A DNA stretch of 64,000 nt, from NCBI GenBank assembly GCA_028712255.1, contig JAQTQJ010000006.1:44813-108812 (forward strand). Direction: 5' to 3'. The position numbers were made by a program, and so were the translations under genes. Position 1 is the first letter of the stretch; every line of letters begins with the position of its first letter. Source of the stretch: Candidatus Omnitrophota bacterium. GTDB lineage: Bacteria > Omnitrophota > Gorgyraeia > Gygaellales > Profunditerraquicolaceae. The notes under the pieces are model-generated. The model was given only the letters and a program-made list of their open reading frames with translations. It made no database searches and had not been told where the DNA came from. Shown here in pieces: positions 50,484 through 61,124 of the stretch.

Positions 50484-53240
50484 ATGCAAAAGCTACTTAT
50501 TAGATACAACATTACGGCGATAGTATGTTTGGCGTTTTTATTTTTTTCAGCCAATTCTCTCTTTGCCCAAGGCCAAGCAGCAGATTATCTTTGTGAGCTG
50601 GGTAAAAGCTTTTATTCTCTTGGGAAAATAGAAGATGCCCTTTCTGAATTTAAAAAAGCCCTTTCCATTGACCCAAACAACAAAACCGCTAAACTTTATG
50701 TTAATAAAATTTTTAATCAGGAAACAAACCCCACTTTTGAATATAAACCTTTAGCAGCAAACACCGCTTCAGATATTAATAATTCAATTGAATCAAAGAA
50801 TCAATTCAGCAGGGATCAACTTATGGAAGAAGCTATGTCCAAGATTGAACCTAATGTTACAAGTAAAGATAGGGAAGGCCCATTTGAGAAAAAAGAAAAG
50901 GACTCAATAAAAGCCGGGCCTCTCTCCGTAAGCGGCCAGATGCAGCTAAGTTTTGGAGTAACCCCCCGTGAATTTATCTGGAAAAGAGCTAATTTTGATT
51001 TAAATGAAAAATCAAAAAGCTGGCGTATGAGTTCAGATGAGGTTTTTAATAACAGATTTAATACTTTTGATCCCCGGATTTATGATAGTTTAGCTGTTAA
51101 TTTAGATACGGAAAATAAGGAAGGCCTTAATTTCCATTCCAATCTTACGGTTGATCCTTGGAGCTTTAGCGGAAAAAGTAATAAAATTACCCTTACAACT
51201 GCAGGGGGAGATACTGCGGAAGTAGAATTATTATATTGGTCAAATACCGCACATATCGTAAATAATACTATCTACGGAACTCAAAAGGGGAGCACACTTA
51301 ATATTCCTGAATTAAAAGTTATTGATGGGAAAACTACCGCAATCACAATTAATGGTTTTAATATCCCCAGCATGAAGATAGGGCGTGAATTTCAGCCAGT
51401 ACGTGAATTATGGACGGATTATACAAACGATCAGATAAAGTTTCGCGCTTTTCCCATAGCCTTGCAGGATCAAGCTTATAGTTCCGATGACCCCATGGGG
51501 ATTACCAATCATCATATTTGGTGGAAGGATAGCAGCTGGCTGCGTAAATATACCCCAGGTACATTTCATTCAGGAAATGTACCTGTTGATTTTACCAAAG
51601 GCATCTGGGATGATTCACTTTCATTCTTAACTAAAGATTCAACTGGCCAATATCTGACGGCTTTAAGAGGATTTTCTTTCAGTTTTCTTCCGGATGAAGC
51701 AACGACGTTTGATACTACTTTTGCTACTCCTAAGGATCTTTGGCAAGATTATGGCTCAGTAGACAATGTGATTAATGCCAGCCGATTAAAACATTATTTT
51801 AGTAATAACTTTATGGCTGGTGCAACATTTAGCAGCCGCTTAGGTTTTATCACCGAACCTAACCAAAAGCTGGACAGTCAAAACTATGTGGGAGGAGCGG
51901 ATATTGCTTATGAAATGATGGAGGGTTTAAAAGCTCAAGCTGAAATTTTATCCTCTCAGTCATTTTATGATATGAGTAACGCTACCTATGAAACAAAATC
52001 CCGAGGAAACGCATATTATTTTTCATTTATTAGCCGTTACCCGCAGAAGAGTTTGATGGATTTAAAATACGGTTACGATGAAATAGCTTTGGATAAAGAT
52101 GAAAGTTTCCTTTTAAAATCTAAGTTTTACCTTAGCAAAATGGATTCGGGATTTGATGCTTCTCTTTCTAGTTATCATGAAACTAGACAAGATACTTTTT
52201 GGTCAAGGCATATTCATTTCCGTAAACCCATGGATTACTATTCTTCAGGATTAGAACAATCCACCACGAATTGGGGAGAACTCAATGCAACGCGTATAGG
52301 CGATGGTATTGATGCCGGCAGAAATACTATCGGTTTTAGAATTGAATCGTTCCTAAAAGATAAGGCCTATAATCTTTTTGATGTGCGTAATGTCCATAAT
52401 GTTAATGGTAAGTTTATTGAAAATGTAGTACGTGATGAAGCCACAGTCCAGATTACGGATAAATTAAGTTCTAAGTTTCTGGGTATTTACCATAAGTTAC
52501 CTCATACCGTAAATGGTATTGATCCGTTTATTTATGACGGAAATACTGGTGATTTTTTTATCAATAATGCTGTGCCTGACGGAAACGATCCTTCACTTAT
52601 GACAGGATCCTTTGGTTTGAATTATGATTTCTTTGAATGGCTGAGCTTAGACGGCATATACGAACGTACCAATGATTATTACCTAGCTTATGACGGTTTT
52701 CCGGCTAACACTTTACGCAATGACACTACTTTGGGCGGGACCTTCTACCAAAATGATAATCTTTATAGGTTCAAGAATCCATTTCTTTATAGTCAAAACG
52801 GATTTCCTCAGGCCCCATACGATTATTATAATGTTTTTAAAACCGGCCTAAGAATAGCGCCTATCAGTAAAATGGAGCTTTACCTTGACTATACGCGCAA
52901 TGAATTTGAAAGTGCCGGGCAAAATTCAGATAGCATGAACCATGTTGGTATTGAAATGACCTATATGCCAACTAAGAAGTTTGGGATGGCTTTAAAATAT
53001 TCTTATTCCAGATGGCAGGATACGGACCGGCTGGTTGCCGGAAATACAAACCCGCTTGGCCATCATAATTTCTATGGTGAATTCAGGTACCTGCCTTCTA
53101 AAGATGACGAATTTATCCTGCAATACGGAGAGGGTAACACCAGTAATTTAGGCAACTTTTCTCTTGACCCTTACGGAGGCACAGCCCTTACCATAGATAC
53201 CGCGCATATTTTACGAGCCTATTACCGCCGCAAATTTTAA
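50484..53240 (+). CDS. large exported TPR-containing putative outer-membrane beta-barrel protein (918 aa, C-terminal Phe)
   Basis: Signal peptide, an N-terminal TPR, and a long beta-rich region with alternating aromatics, ending ...YYRRKF as in OM beta-barrels. Confidence 0.55.
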   Translation: MQKLLIRYNITAIVCLAFLFFSANSLFAQGQAADYLCELGKSFYSLGKIEDALSEFKKALSIDPNNKTAKLYVNKIFNQETNPTFEYKPLAANTASDINNSIESKNQFSRDQLMEEAMSKIEPNVTSKDREGPFEKKEKDSIKAGPLSVSGQMQLSFGVTPREFIWKRANFDLNEKSKSWRMSSDEVFNNRFNTFDPRIYDSLAVNLDTENKEGLNFHSNLTVDPWSFSGKSNKITLTTAGGDTAEVELLYWSNTAHIVNNTIYGTQKGSTLNIPELKVIDGKTTAITINGFNIPSMKIGREFQPVRELWTDYTNDQIKFRAFPIALQDQAYSSDDPMGITNHHIWWKDSSWLRKYTPGTFHSGNVPVDFTKGIWDDSLSFLTKDSTGQYLTALRGFSFSFLPDEATTFDTTFATPKDLWQDYGSVDNVINASRLKHYFSNNFMAGATFSSRLGFITEPNQKLDSQNYVGGADIAYEMMEGLKAQAEILSSQSFYDMSNATYETKSRGNAYYFSFISRYPQKSLMDLKYGYDEIALDKDESFLLKSKFYLSKMDSGFDASLSSYHETRQDTFWSRHIHFRKPMDYYSSGLEQSTTNWGELNATRIGDGIDAGRNTIGFRIESFLKDKAYNLFDVRNVHNVNGKFIENVVRDEATVQITDKLSSKFLGIYHKLPHTVNGIDPFIYDGNTGDFFINNAVPDGNDPSLMTGSFGLNYDFFEWLSLDGIYERTNDYYLAYDGFPANTLRNDTTLGGTFYQNDNLYRFKNPFLYSQNGFPQAPYDYYNVFKTGLRIAPISKMELYLDYTRNEFESAGQNSDSMNHVGIEMTYMPTKKFGMALKYSYSRWQDTDRLVAGNTNPLGHHNFYGEFRYLPSKDDEFILQYGEGNTSNLGNFSLDPYGGTALTIDTAHILRAYYRRKF

Positions 53241-53243
53241 AAC

Positions 53244-53302
53244 AAGGGACCGTTTCTATTTTTTATTTCTTGAGGTTTTAAAAAAATAGAAACGGTCCCT
53301 TT
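53244..53302. terminator. bidirectional palindromic terminator AAGGGACCGTTTCTATTTTTT-loop-AAAAAATAGAAACGGTCCCTT shared by convergent genes
   Basis: About 21-bp stem lying between the stop of the + OMP gene and the stop of the - strand gene. Confidence 0.7.
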
Positions 53303-56300
53303 ATTCTAAGTAAATATCGATTTTATTAACTCGGCGGGATCTTATTTTCTCTGCTAATAAAGGAGGAATTGTTGTAGAATTAATTACTGTTTGATTATTA
53401 TTTTCGAAAATAACAATTTTTATAATTTCAGCAGCGTTTTTACCAAAAGTATTTTTTCGTTTCGGGTTATGGTAAGTTATTAAAATTTTACTTAAAAAAT
53501 TAAAGGAATATTTTCCCTTCTTTGAAAATAACCAACCAGCCAAATATGGTTTAAATGTTAAATTAAGCTGACCGGACTTATCTAGGGAGAAAGGGGAGAC
53601 ACCGGTATTCATAATCAGCCAAATATGTAGAAATTCGGCTGTTGAACCGCTTAATCTGGCTACAAATCCGTTCCCATGCAGTCTTTTATCGGCAAATGCA
53701 CTGCTGACTAAAAAAGAAGAGTTTTCTAATATACTGCGGCCATATCTTTGCGGATTTTGGAATGGGATAAGTACATTTTTGAATTCTTCATAAAACTCAT
53801 TAACTAGGCCCTTTTTAAGTAATTCCAAGATATATTTATATTCCATATGCAACCAGATGGATTCGTTTTCCAGCCATCCGGGAGAAAATACCCTGCATCT
53901 GCCGATTTCCTCAGGCATTGAATCAAGATTAGCTGTTACTTTATACATCTTTAATTTTCTGTCAAAAAGCGCGCTTTTTTTGGTTGATTTATGAAGGGCT
54001 AAGAGTCGATTCTTATCTTCGCAAAGCCTTAAAGCATGCATTTGTCCTTCAAGAAACAGAGGAGTATACTTTTGAATAAATTTTTTTGGCTTAATGTAAT
54101 GCCCTTTAACTACATCGTACTCTACGACATTATTAATGAAGTAAGAATTATAAATACCAGATTTTTTATCTAAAGCCTTATTTAAGCCTGTTTCAATCTT
54201 CTCTAATGCTGCATTCGTAAAACTCATAAGCTTTACAACAGATAAATAAACAGTATTACCGGAAAACCCCAACCGCGTCTTTTGCCGGTAATCTTCTTTT
54301 ACACTATTACTTTTATCCCAATAATTAAATCCATCTTCAACAAGTAAAACAGTAACTTTTTCAATAAAATCAGAAATTTCGCTGGCGAATTCAATTTCAT
54401 TAATGTGTGAGTTCTCAAGCGCTAGTTTTATCGTTTTTAGAAGACGTTTTAATTCGAAAGTTTCACAGATGCTGGAACCAAAGAGAGCAGGAAGCCCGTT
54501 TAAAGAATCAAACCAATTAGGTTTATTAGCCTCCATCTCCACACCTACGCCAAACGGGTCAAGTGAAGCAAGCTTATTCACCGCTAAACACAGAAGCTTG
54601 GAGATAAGCGTAGTATAATAAATCTGGCCCATACCTTCTTTAGTGCGCAAGATGTGCTGATTGCTTAACCGTTTATGCAACATATCTTTTTTTACGGTAT
54701 CAAGGGTAAGAGAGTGTAGTTGACGGGGCTGTTGATTATAGAGCATATACTTTTCGCTGCGCGGTCTGACAAACTCAGCATTATCATAGAAAGTAAAAAC
54801 TTTCTTTTCAAAGAACAATTCATTGAACTTCTCTGGATAAATTCTTAGGTAACTATCAATTAAATCTAGATTATAAGACCAGTGGTCGGTCCAAAAACCT
54901 TCTCCATGTTCGGCATCCTGGATTTTTTGAGAAGAACAGAGAATAATGCCTAAAAAATTATCGTATGAACAGGTAAGCTTTATATTATTATCTTCAATAA
55001 AAAGAATAAGTTCTCCAGGAGTAAAAATCTTATTAAGAACGGGCTTAAGTTTATCAATATCATTTTTTTTAGCTACTCCTGCCAGAAGTTGATCTAAATT
55101 AATGTCATCCTTAAGCAAAAAATTCTCGCCTTTTATTACCAAAGGATTAAAACCGTCAGCCTGAATTAAATTCATAAAGAAAATTATATTTTCATCTTCG
55201 ATTTCAGGGTTAAACCAGGGGTCATTACGCCGGTTTTGATTTATATCTCGGTAGTTACCGTTACCCTGGGAAAAATATGTTGGTTGTAGAACGAACTTAT
55301 TGTAATCCCTCTCTAGATCGCCATGTTTACGTGAATAAAGGTAAAAAACAGTCTTGGCGGATCCAGGTACCTTTTTATTTGGCGATAAAAAAACCTCAGG
55401 GTAACCACCACGCATAATATTATCAAGATAAGTTTGACCTGCATATAGGTCGAATTCGGGAACACTACTTTTGGTTAAGATATCATCTTTTAATTTTTTA
55501 ATCAGTTTATAGTTTTCTTCTGATTTATTTTCTATGTAACCAAATTTCATAATTTTTTTAGCACAACTATTTAATGTGCTGCTGTTACGCGCCTGCCCAA
55601 TAACCGAATGAAATGTTTTTTTGTTCCCAGCCTCTAGTTCCAGATGCAATAATAGCAGGGCGCTTGGAGTTTTGCTTCTGGTTAGCTGCTGAGTCGGATA
55701 GAAAAATTTATGTTTAGTCAAAAATTCTGAGGGGTATGAAAGATCCGTTACTTTACCAAAAACAGCTTCAGGATCAACAATTGGCCGGATCAACTTTGCT
55801 TTAGATCCATCAAAATGAAAACCTAAATAAAAATTTCCCGAATCAATATGTACTACTTCCGGGCGGTCAGAAGGATCAACCTCTAGTTTATAAAAAGGAA
55901 TATTTTTGTCCAGATTGTCAATATTCATCCAGGCTTCAATAGTACGGCCAAGTTTTTTTAAGAAAAAGTTATTTGTTCCAAAGGGGACTATCTGTGGTAA
56001 ACCATCAATAAGTTCGATAGATTTAGGCCTCTTTGAAGTATTTTCAATACTGACTGTGCGGCTTAATCCAGAGAAAGTATCATTGGGAATATTAAAATAT
56101 TCAATACGAGTCTTTATTCCTAAAGAGTTATTTTTTTCTTCAAGGGTAAGTTTGCTTGAGTCTATTGCAATAGAATTGGTGATCTGGTATTTTGAGTTAA
56201 GATAGCCGTTATGAAATGGTTCATAATAAACAGGGTCTTTAGCAGATTTAATTTTGATGAAAGTGCGGAATCCATGGCTTGAAACTAACTGCCATGATTT

Positions 56301-56528
56301 ATTTGCCGGAAAGAATTCTAAGATTGCCTGATCTTTATCTCTAGTACCAAAACTACAGATACATTGCCCACGATTAACATAGAAGACCCACATTGGAATT
56401 CCATATTTACCGGCAATCCCGGGAAAGAAATTAGCAAAAGGCTTGGAATAATTGTAGTTTTGAATGATAAACTCGCCCTGCTTATTTAAATAATATTTTG
56501 GCTTGCTTTGTTTGGATTCTTTTCTCAT
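53301..56528 (-). CDS. large GH94-like glycoside phosphorylase-family protein (cellobiose/cellodextrin/beta-glucan phosphorylase superfamily), tentative
   Basis: 1075 aa. NGNYRDINQNRRND resembles the GH94 GFRDSNQD phosphate motif and GFWTDHWSYNLD resembles the catalytic DWND region. It is the only minus-strand gene in the window. Confidence 0.4.
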   Translation of the reverse strand: MRKESKQSKPKYYLNKQGEFIIQNYNYSKPFANFFPGIAGKYGIPMWVFYVNRGQCICSFGTRDKDQAILEFFPANKSWQLVSSHGFRTFIKIKSAKDPVYYEPFHNGYLNSKYQITNSIAIDSSKLTLEEKNNSLGIKTRIEYFNIPNDTFSGLSRTVSIENTSKRPKSIELIDGLPQIVPFGTNNFFLKKLGRTIEAWMNIDNLDKNIPFYKLEVDPSDRPEVVHIDSGNFYLGFHFDGSKAKLIRPIVDPEAVFGKVTDLSYPSEFLTKHKFFYPTQQLTRSKTPSALLLLHLELEAGNKKTFHSVIGQARNSSTLNSCAKKIMKFGYIENKSEENYKLIKKLKDDILTKSSVPEFDLYAGQTYLDNIMRGGYPEVFLSPNKKVPGSAKTVFYLYSRKHGDLERDYNKFVLQPTYFSQGNGNYRDINQNRRNDPWFNPEIEDENIIFFMNLIQADGFNPLVIKGENFLLKDDINLDQLLAGVAKKNDIDKLKPVLNKIFTPGELILFIEDNNIKLTCSYDNFLGIILCSSQKIQDAEHGEGFWTDHWSYNLDLIDSYLRIYPEKFNELFFEKKVFTFYDNAEFVRPRSEKYMLYNQQPRQLHSLTLDTVKKDMLHKRLSNQHILRTKEGMGQIYYTTLISKLLCLAVNKLASLDPFGVGVEMEANKPNWFDSLNGLPALFGSSICETFELKRLLKTIKLALENSHINEIEFASEISDFIEKVTVLLVEDGFNYWDKSNSVKEDYRQKTRLGFSGNTVYLSVVKLMSFTNAALEKIETGLNKALDKKSGIYNSYFINNVVEYDVVKGHYIKPKKFIQKYTPLFLEGQMHALRLCEDKNRLLALHKSTKKSALFDRKLKMYKVTANLDSMPEEIGRCRVFSPGWLENESIWLHMEYKYILELLKKGLVNEFYEEFKNVLIPFQNPQRYGRSILENSSFLVSSAFADKRLHGNGFVARLSGSTAEFLHIWLIMNTGVSPFSLDKSGQLNLTFKPYLAGWLFSKKGKYSFNFLSKILITYHNPKRKNTFGKNAAEIIKIVIFENNNQTVINSTTIPPLLAEKIRSRRVNKIDIYLE

Positions 56529-56574
56529 TTTAATTTGGGTTAATTCTTAATATTTTACACATTTTCATGAAATT

Positions 56575-56616
56575 GTCAACTCGAGATGTTGACTTTTAAC
56601 AAAAGAATGTTAGAAT
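56575..56616. promoter_or_regulatory. divergent promoter region with perfect palindrome GTCAAC-TCGAGAT-GTTGAC spanning both -35 boxes; + strand TTGACT-17-TAGAAT for gatC
   Basis: The -35 hexamers of back-to-back promoters are embedded in a 19-nt palindrome. Confidence 0.45.
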
Positions 56617-56627
56617 ATATAAAATAT

Positions 56628-56680
56628 CACCCCGCGCTTATAAGGAATTGCGCGTGTGTGCCCGTGCGGGTAAGGAGAAG
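56628..56680 (+). promoter_or_regulatory. leader motif CACCCCGCGC-N12-GCGCGTGTG plus small hairpin GCCCGTGCGGG adjacent to SD, second copy of the 15262 motif
   Basis: Shares ATCACCCCGCGCT..A..GGAATTGCGCG.GTGT with the leader of the FmdB-like gene. Confidence 0.5.
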
Positions 56681-56682
56681 AG

Positions 56683-56970
56683 ATGTCGATAGATAAAGAA
56701 ACGGTAAAACATGTTGCGCATTTAGCACGTATCGAATTGCAGCCTAATGAGTTAGAAAAAATATCCGGACAGCTGCATGATATATTAGGTTTTATTGATA
56801 AAATAAGCACTTTGGATATAGAGAAAATCACGCCTGCAAGCCATATTTTACCTATCAGTAATGTGTTAAGGGATGATTTGCCGCATAAATCTTTACCTGT
56901 GGAAAAAGCCCTGGAAAATGCCCCGAGTAAAAAAGGAAGTTTCTTCAGCGTACCTAAGATAATCGAATAA
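56683..56970 (+). CDS. gatC: Asp-tRNA(Asn)/Glu-tRNA(Gln) amidotransferase subunit C
   Basis: 95 aa, [17 protein letters not shown]-terminus, upstream of gatA/gatB. Confidence 0.9.
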   Translation: MSIDKETVKHVAHLARIELQPNELEKISGQLHDILGFIDKISTLDIEKITPASHILPISNVLRDDLPHKSLPVEKALENAPSKKGSFFSVPKIIE

Positions 56971-56972
56971 TT

Positions 56973-58409
56973 ATGGAATTAAATCAACTAACTGCCCACG
57001 AATTGTTGGATAAGCTTAAAACTAAAGAAACTGATCAAAAGGTAGTTTTTGATTCGCTTTATAAGCGCATACAAAAAGTCGAACCTAAAGTTAAAGCTTA
57101 TGTCAGGATTAAAGAAGAAAAAACAATTCCTTCAAATCTCCAATCAGAGGGACTCCTTAATGAGCTTCCACCAATTACCATCAAAGATAACATTTGCACT
57201 GAAGGCTTGAATACCGAATGTTGTTCAAAAATTCTTGAAGGTTTTCGCCCGCCGTATGATGCTACAGTTATCACTAAATTAAAAAATGCAGGAGCTCAAA
57301 TTTTTCCTTTAAAGGCAAACATGGATGAATTTGCTTTTGGTTCCTCAACGGAAAATTCATTTTTGGGAGCGACTGCTAATCCCTGGGATTTAGAGTGTGT
57401 TCCCGGAGGTTCTTCAGGAGGCTGCGCTGCTGCCGTATCCGCTGATGAAGCAATTTGGGCTCTAGGTTCTGATACGGGAGGCTCAATTCGGCAACCTGCT
57501 TCTTTCTGCGCAGTTGTAGGATTAAAGCCTACTTATGGGCGCGTTTCGCGTTTTGGATTAATTGCTTTTGCTTCCAGTCTTGATCAAATTGGGCCTATTA
57601 CCAAAGATGTCCTTGATGCAGCAATTTTAACCAAGATTATCTCAGGATATGACGCTAATGATTCAACCTCGGTAAAATTAGATGTACCGGATTATACTAA
57701 AAGCCTGACCAATGATATTAGAGGTTTAAAAATCGGTGTACCTAAAGAATATTTTATCGAAGGTATGGATCTAGAGATTAAATCTATTATTGAAGAGGCG
57801 ATAAATAAACTAGAAACTCTAGGCGCAGTTTCTCAACAGATTTCATTACCACATACAGAATATGCCGTGCCTGTTTATTATATTATCGCAACTGCCGAAG
57901 CCAGTTCAAACCTGGCTAGATTTGACGGGGTTCAATACGGATTTAGGGCAAAATCAAATAATTTAATCCAGATGTACAAACTAACCCGCGCGCAAGGTTT
58001 TGGTGAAGAAGCAAAACGTAGAATCTTACTTGGAACTTTTGCCTTATCGCATGGATATTATGATGCCTATTATTTACGTGCCTTAAAAGTACGTACTCTA
58101 ATAAAACAGGATTTTGATCAAGTATTTACTGATTTTGATTGTATTGTTGCTCCTACATCTCCAAGCGCGGCTTTTAAAATTGGGGAAAGGACTCAAGACC
58201 CCCTAAAAATGTACCTGTCCGATATATATACTATCTCGGCAAATTTAGCAGGAATTCCAGCAATATCTATTCCTTGCGGTTTTACCAAAAAAGGATTGCC
58301 TGTAGGTTTACAGATAATCGCCAAGCCATTTAACGAAGAGATGCTTTTTCGGGTAGCACATACTTTTGAGCAAAATACCCAGTGGCATAAGCTTAAACCA
58401 AAATTATGA
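56973..58409 (+). CDS. gatA: Glu-tRNA(Gln) amidotransferase subunit A
   Basis: Amidase signature GGSSGG...[11 protein letters not shown]. Confidence 0.95.
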   Translation: MELNQLTAHELLDKLKTKETDQKVVFDSLYKRIQKVEPKVKAYVRIKEEKTIPSNLQSEGLLNELPPITIKDNICTEGLNTECCSKILEGFRPPYDATVITKLKNAGAQIFPLKANMDEFAFGSSTENSFLGATANPWDLECVPGGSSGGCAAAVSADEAIWALGSDTGGSIRQPASFCAVVGLKPTYGRVSRFGLIAFASSLDQIGPITKDVLDAAILTKIISGYDANDSTSVKLDVPDYTKSLTNDIRGLKIGVPKEYFIEGMDLEIKSIIEEAINKLETLGAVSQQISLPHTEYAVPVYYIIATAEASSNLARFDGVQYGFRAKSNNLIQMYKLTRAQGFGEEAKRRILLGTFALSHGYYDAYYLRALKVRTLIKQDFDQVFTDFDCIVAPTSPSAAFKIGERTQDPLKMYLSDIYTISANLAGIPAISIPCGFTKKGLPVGLQIIAKPFNEEMLFRVAHTFEQNTQWHKLKPKL

Positions 58410-59842
58410 AATACGAAACAGTCATCGGCTTAGAAGTCCACCTGCAATTAAAAACTAAAACTAAAGCATTTTGTGGTTGTGCTATTGACTTCGGGAAAAC
58501 CCCTAATTCCTGTACCTGCCCGGTATGCTTGGGATTGCCCGGCAGCCTTCCGGTTTATAATAAAGAAGCGCTAAATTCCGCAATAAAAGTAGCTTTGGCT
58601 TTTAATTGTCAGATACAAAAATATACAAAATTTGACCGTAAAAATTATTTTTATCCGGATTTACCAAAAAATTACCAAATTTCACAATACGATCTGCCTT
58701 TATCGCGTAATGGACACTTAATGATTGTTAGTCAGAATATATCTAAGCGCATCGGTATTACCAGGATACATTTAGAGGAAGATGCGGGTAAACTTATCCA
58801 TGGAATAGATTCAAGCTTGGTAGATTTCAACCGTACAGGAATTCCGCTTCTTGAGATAGTCAGCGAACCTGACTTATCAAGTCCTCAAGAAGCTTTTGAC
58901 TACCTGACAAATTTAAAAAATATCATTGAATACCTAGATGTATCCGATTGCGATATGGAAAAAGGATCTTTGCGTTGCGATGCCAACATATCTTTAAAGC
59001 CAGAAGGAACAAAAGAATTGGGAGTTAAGACTGAATTAAAAAACATGAATTCTTTTAAGGGGGTAAAAGACGCTTTAACATTTGAAATCAGCCGTCAAAC
59101 TAAACAGCTCAATACAAATCAAGCCATGTTCCAGGAGACTCGACTTTGGAACGCCGATAAGGGAGAAACTGTATCTATGCGTAGTAAAGAAGGCGCCAAA
59201 GATTACAGGTATTTTCCTGATCCGGACCTTGCAGTTTTTATTATTGATGAGCCTATGATTGCGCGTATAAAAGCAGAATTACCTGAACTGCCACAAGATA
59301 AGGTATCCCGCCTTGTACGTGATTATTCGCTATCTGAGTATGACGCTAAAATCTTAGCTTCTTCAAAAAAATTTGCTGATTATGCTGAAGAATGCATGAA
59401 GATATTCCAGGATAATGATAAAAAACCAATAGTAAATTGGTTAATTGGGCCTTTTACAGCTACAGTATCTAACCCTTCGAACCAAGCTAAACCAGAGTAT
59501 ATTCAATCAAAAAATCTTGTGGAATTAGTGGAATTGGTTGTAAAGAAACAAATCATCTCTAACCTTACTGGTAAGGCTGTTTTAGAGGAAATGTTTGCGA
59601 CTGGCAACACAGCAAGCTCAATAATAAGTGAAAAAAACTTGGGACAGATTTCTGATACCGAAAGCCTTGATTTAATTATACATGAAATTATTGCTGAAAA
59701 TTCCAAGTCGGTTAGCGACTACAAAGCAGGGAAAATAAACGCACTTATGTTCCTGGTTGGGCAAGTAATGAAAAAGAGCGCTGGTAAAGCTAATCCTAAG
59801 GTAGTTGGAGACCTGATAAAGAGGAGGCTTGCTAATGGGTAA
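58406..59842 (+). CDS. gatB: Asp-tRNA(Asn)/Glu-tRNA(Gln) amidotransferase subunit B
   Basis: [16 protein letters not shown]-terminus and a GatB/YqeY C-terminal domain. Confidence 0.95.
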   Translation: MKYETVIGLEVHLQLKTKTKAFCGCAIDFGKTPNSCTCPVCLGLPGSLPVYNKEALNSAIKVALAFNCQIQKYTKFDRKNYFYPDLPKNYQISQYDLPLSRNGHLMIVSQNISKRIGITRIHLEEDAGKLIHGIDSSLVDFNRTGIPLLEIVSEPDLSSPQEAFDYLTNLKNIIEYLDVSDCDMEKGSLRCDANISLKPEGTKELGVKTELKNMNSFKGVKDALTFEISRQTKQLNTNQAMFQETRLWNADKGETVSMRSKEGAKDYRYFPDPDLAVFIIDEPMIARIKAELPELPQDKVSRLVRDYSLSEYDAKILASSKKFADYAEECMKIFQDNDKKPIVNWLIGPFTATVSNPSNQAKPEYIQSKNLVELVELVVKKQIISNLTGKAVLEEMFATGNTASSIISEKNLGQISDTESLDLIIHEIIAENSKSVSDYKAGKINALMFLVGQVMKKSAGKANPKVVGDLIKRRLANG

Positions 59843-61103
59843 AAAAATATGCGTTGGATTAATAATTATCATACTTGTGTTTGTCGGCACCAGAATCGCA
59901 GCCTCAGATAGCAGAAAGAAAAGCAACGACGAGATGTACAAACAAGTTGAATTATTTTCCGATACCTTAGCAATTATTCAAAAAGAGTACGTCGATGACA
60001 CAAAACCCAAAGATTTAATCTATGGTTCATTAAAAGGTATGCTTTCTTCTCTTGACCCACATAGCCAATTCATGGATCCTGATACGTACAATGACCTGAA
60101 AGTAGATACGGAAGGTAAATTCGGGGGTTTGGGGATCGAAATTACCATAAAAGATGGCTTACTAACCATAATTACTCCTATTGAAGATACGCCGGCCTGG
60201 AAAGCCGGAATAAAAGCGGGAGATCATATTGTAAAAATTAACGATACATTAACCCGGGAGATGTCCTTAACCGATGCGGTAAAAAGGATGCGCGGAAAAC
60301 CAGGGGAAGTAGTAAATCTTACGATATTGAGAGATCCCGAAAATAAACTTTTGGATTTTAAAATTATCCGGGCGATCATAAAAATTAAGGATATAAAACA
60401 AGCACGTATTTTGGAAGGTAAAATCGGTTATATTCGTATTACTGAATTTCGTGAAAATACCTTACAAGAATTAAATAATGCCTTAACTAATTTATCTAAA
60501 CAAGGAATGAAAGCATTAATAATTGACTTGCGTAATAATCCCGGAGGGCTACTTGATGTTGCCGTTAAAATTACGGGAAGATTTGTCCAGCCAAATAAAA
60601 TGATCGCTTATACCAAAGGCAGAAACAAAGGCCAAAACTTAGAGTTTCTTTCTGAAGCAAAGAACGCGATTTTAGATTTACCCTTGGCAGTCTTAATTAA
60701 TGAAGGATCGGCTTCCGGTAGCGAGATTATGGCAGGAGCTCTCCAGGATTATAAACGCGCCATAATTATCGGCACTAAATCTTTCGGAAAAGGTTCCGTG
60801 CAAACAGTAATACCTTTAGGAGACGGCTCTGCCTTACGATTAACTACCAGCTATTATTTTACGCCATCTGGTAAGATTATTAATGGAAAAGGAGTAATTC
60901 CTGAAATTGTGGTGGAAGAAAATAAGGAAGCCTCCGAAACAAAAAATAAGAAATTCAATCAAATATTTGATGAAATTGAGAATAAGCAAGCTGAGGCTAA
61001 AACCACCCCAGAAGATATTTTCAATTATAAAAATGATGCCCAGTTAACAGGGGCTTTGGATGCTTTAAGGGCTATAGTAATTTATAACCAATCTAAACAT
61101 TAA
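59829..61103 (+). CDS. carboxyl-terminal processing protease (S41, CtpA-like)
   Basis: PDZ domain plus the S41 catalytic region (GSASGSEI...KSFGKGSVQ). Confidence 0.85.
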   Translation: MLMGKKICVGLIIIILVFVGTRIAASDSRKKSNDEMYKQVELFSDTLAIIQKEYVDDTKPKDLIYGSLKGMLSSLDPHSQFMDPDTYNDLKVDTEGKFGGLGIEITIKDGLLTIITPIEDTPAWKAGIKAGDHIVKINDTLTREMSLTDAVKRMRGKPGEVVNLTILRDPENKLLDFKIIRAIIKIKDIKQARILEGKIGYIRITEFRENTLQELNNALTNLSKQGMKALIIDLRNNPGGLLDVAVKITGRFVQPNKMIAYTKGRNKGQNLEFLSEAKNAILDLPLAVLINEGSASGSEIMAGALQDYKRAIIIGTKSFGKGSVQTVIPLGDGSALRLTTSYYFTPSGKIINGKGVIPEIVVEENKEASETKNKKFNQIFDEIENKQAEAKTTPEDIFNYKNDAQLTGALDALRAIVIYNQSKH

Positions 61104-61124
61104 AACTATTGCTATTTTAAGCTT

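Noticed and set aside
50484-56528. Polysaccharide utilisation locus (SusC/SusD-like) formed by the big OMP and the GH94-like gene
   Set aside because: The OMP lacks the TonB-box and plug landmarks of SusC-type receptors and there is no SusD-like lipoprotein. The genes are convergent with separate promoters, so a shared role is only speculation.
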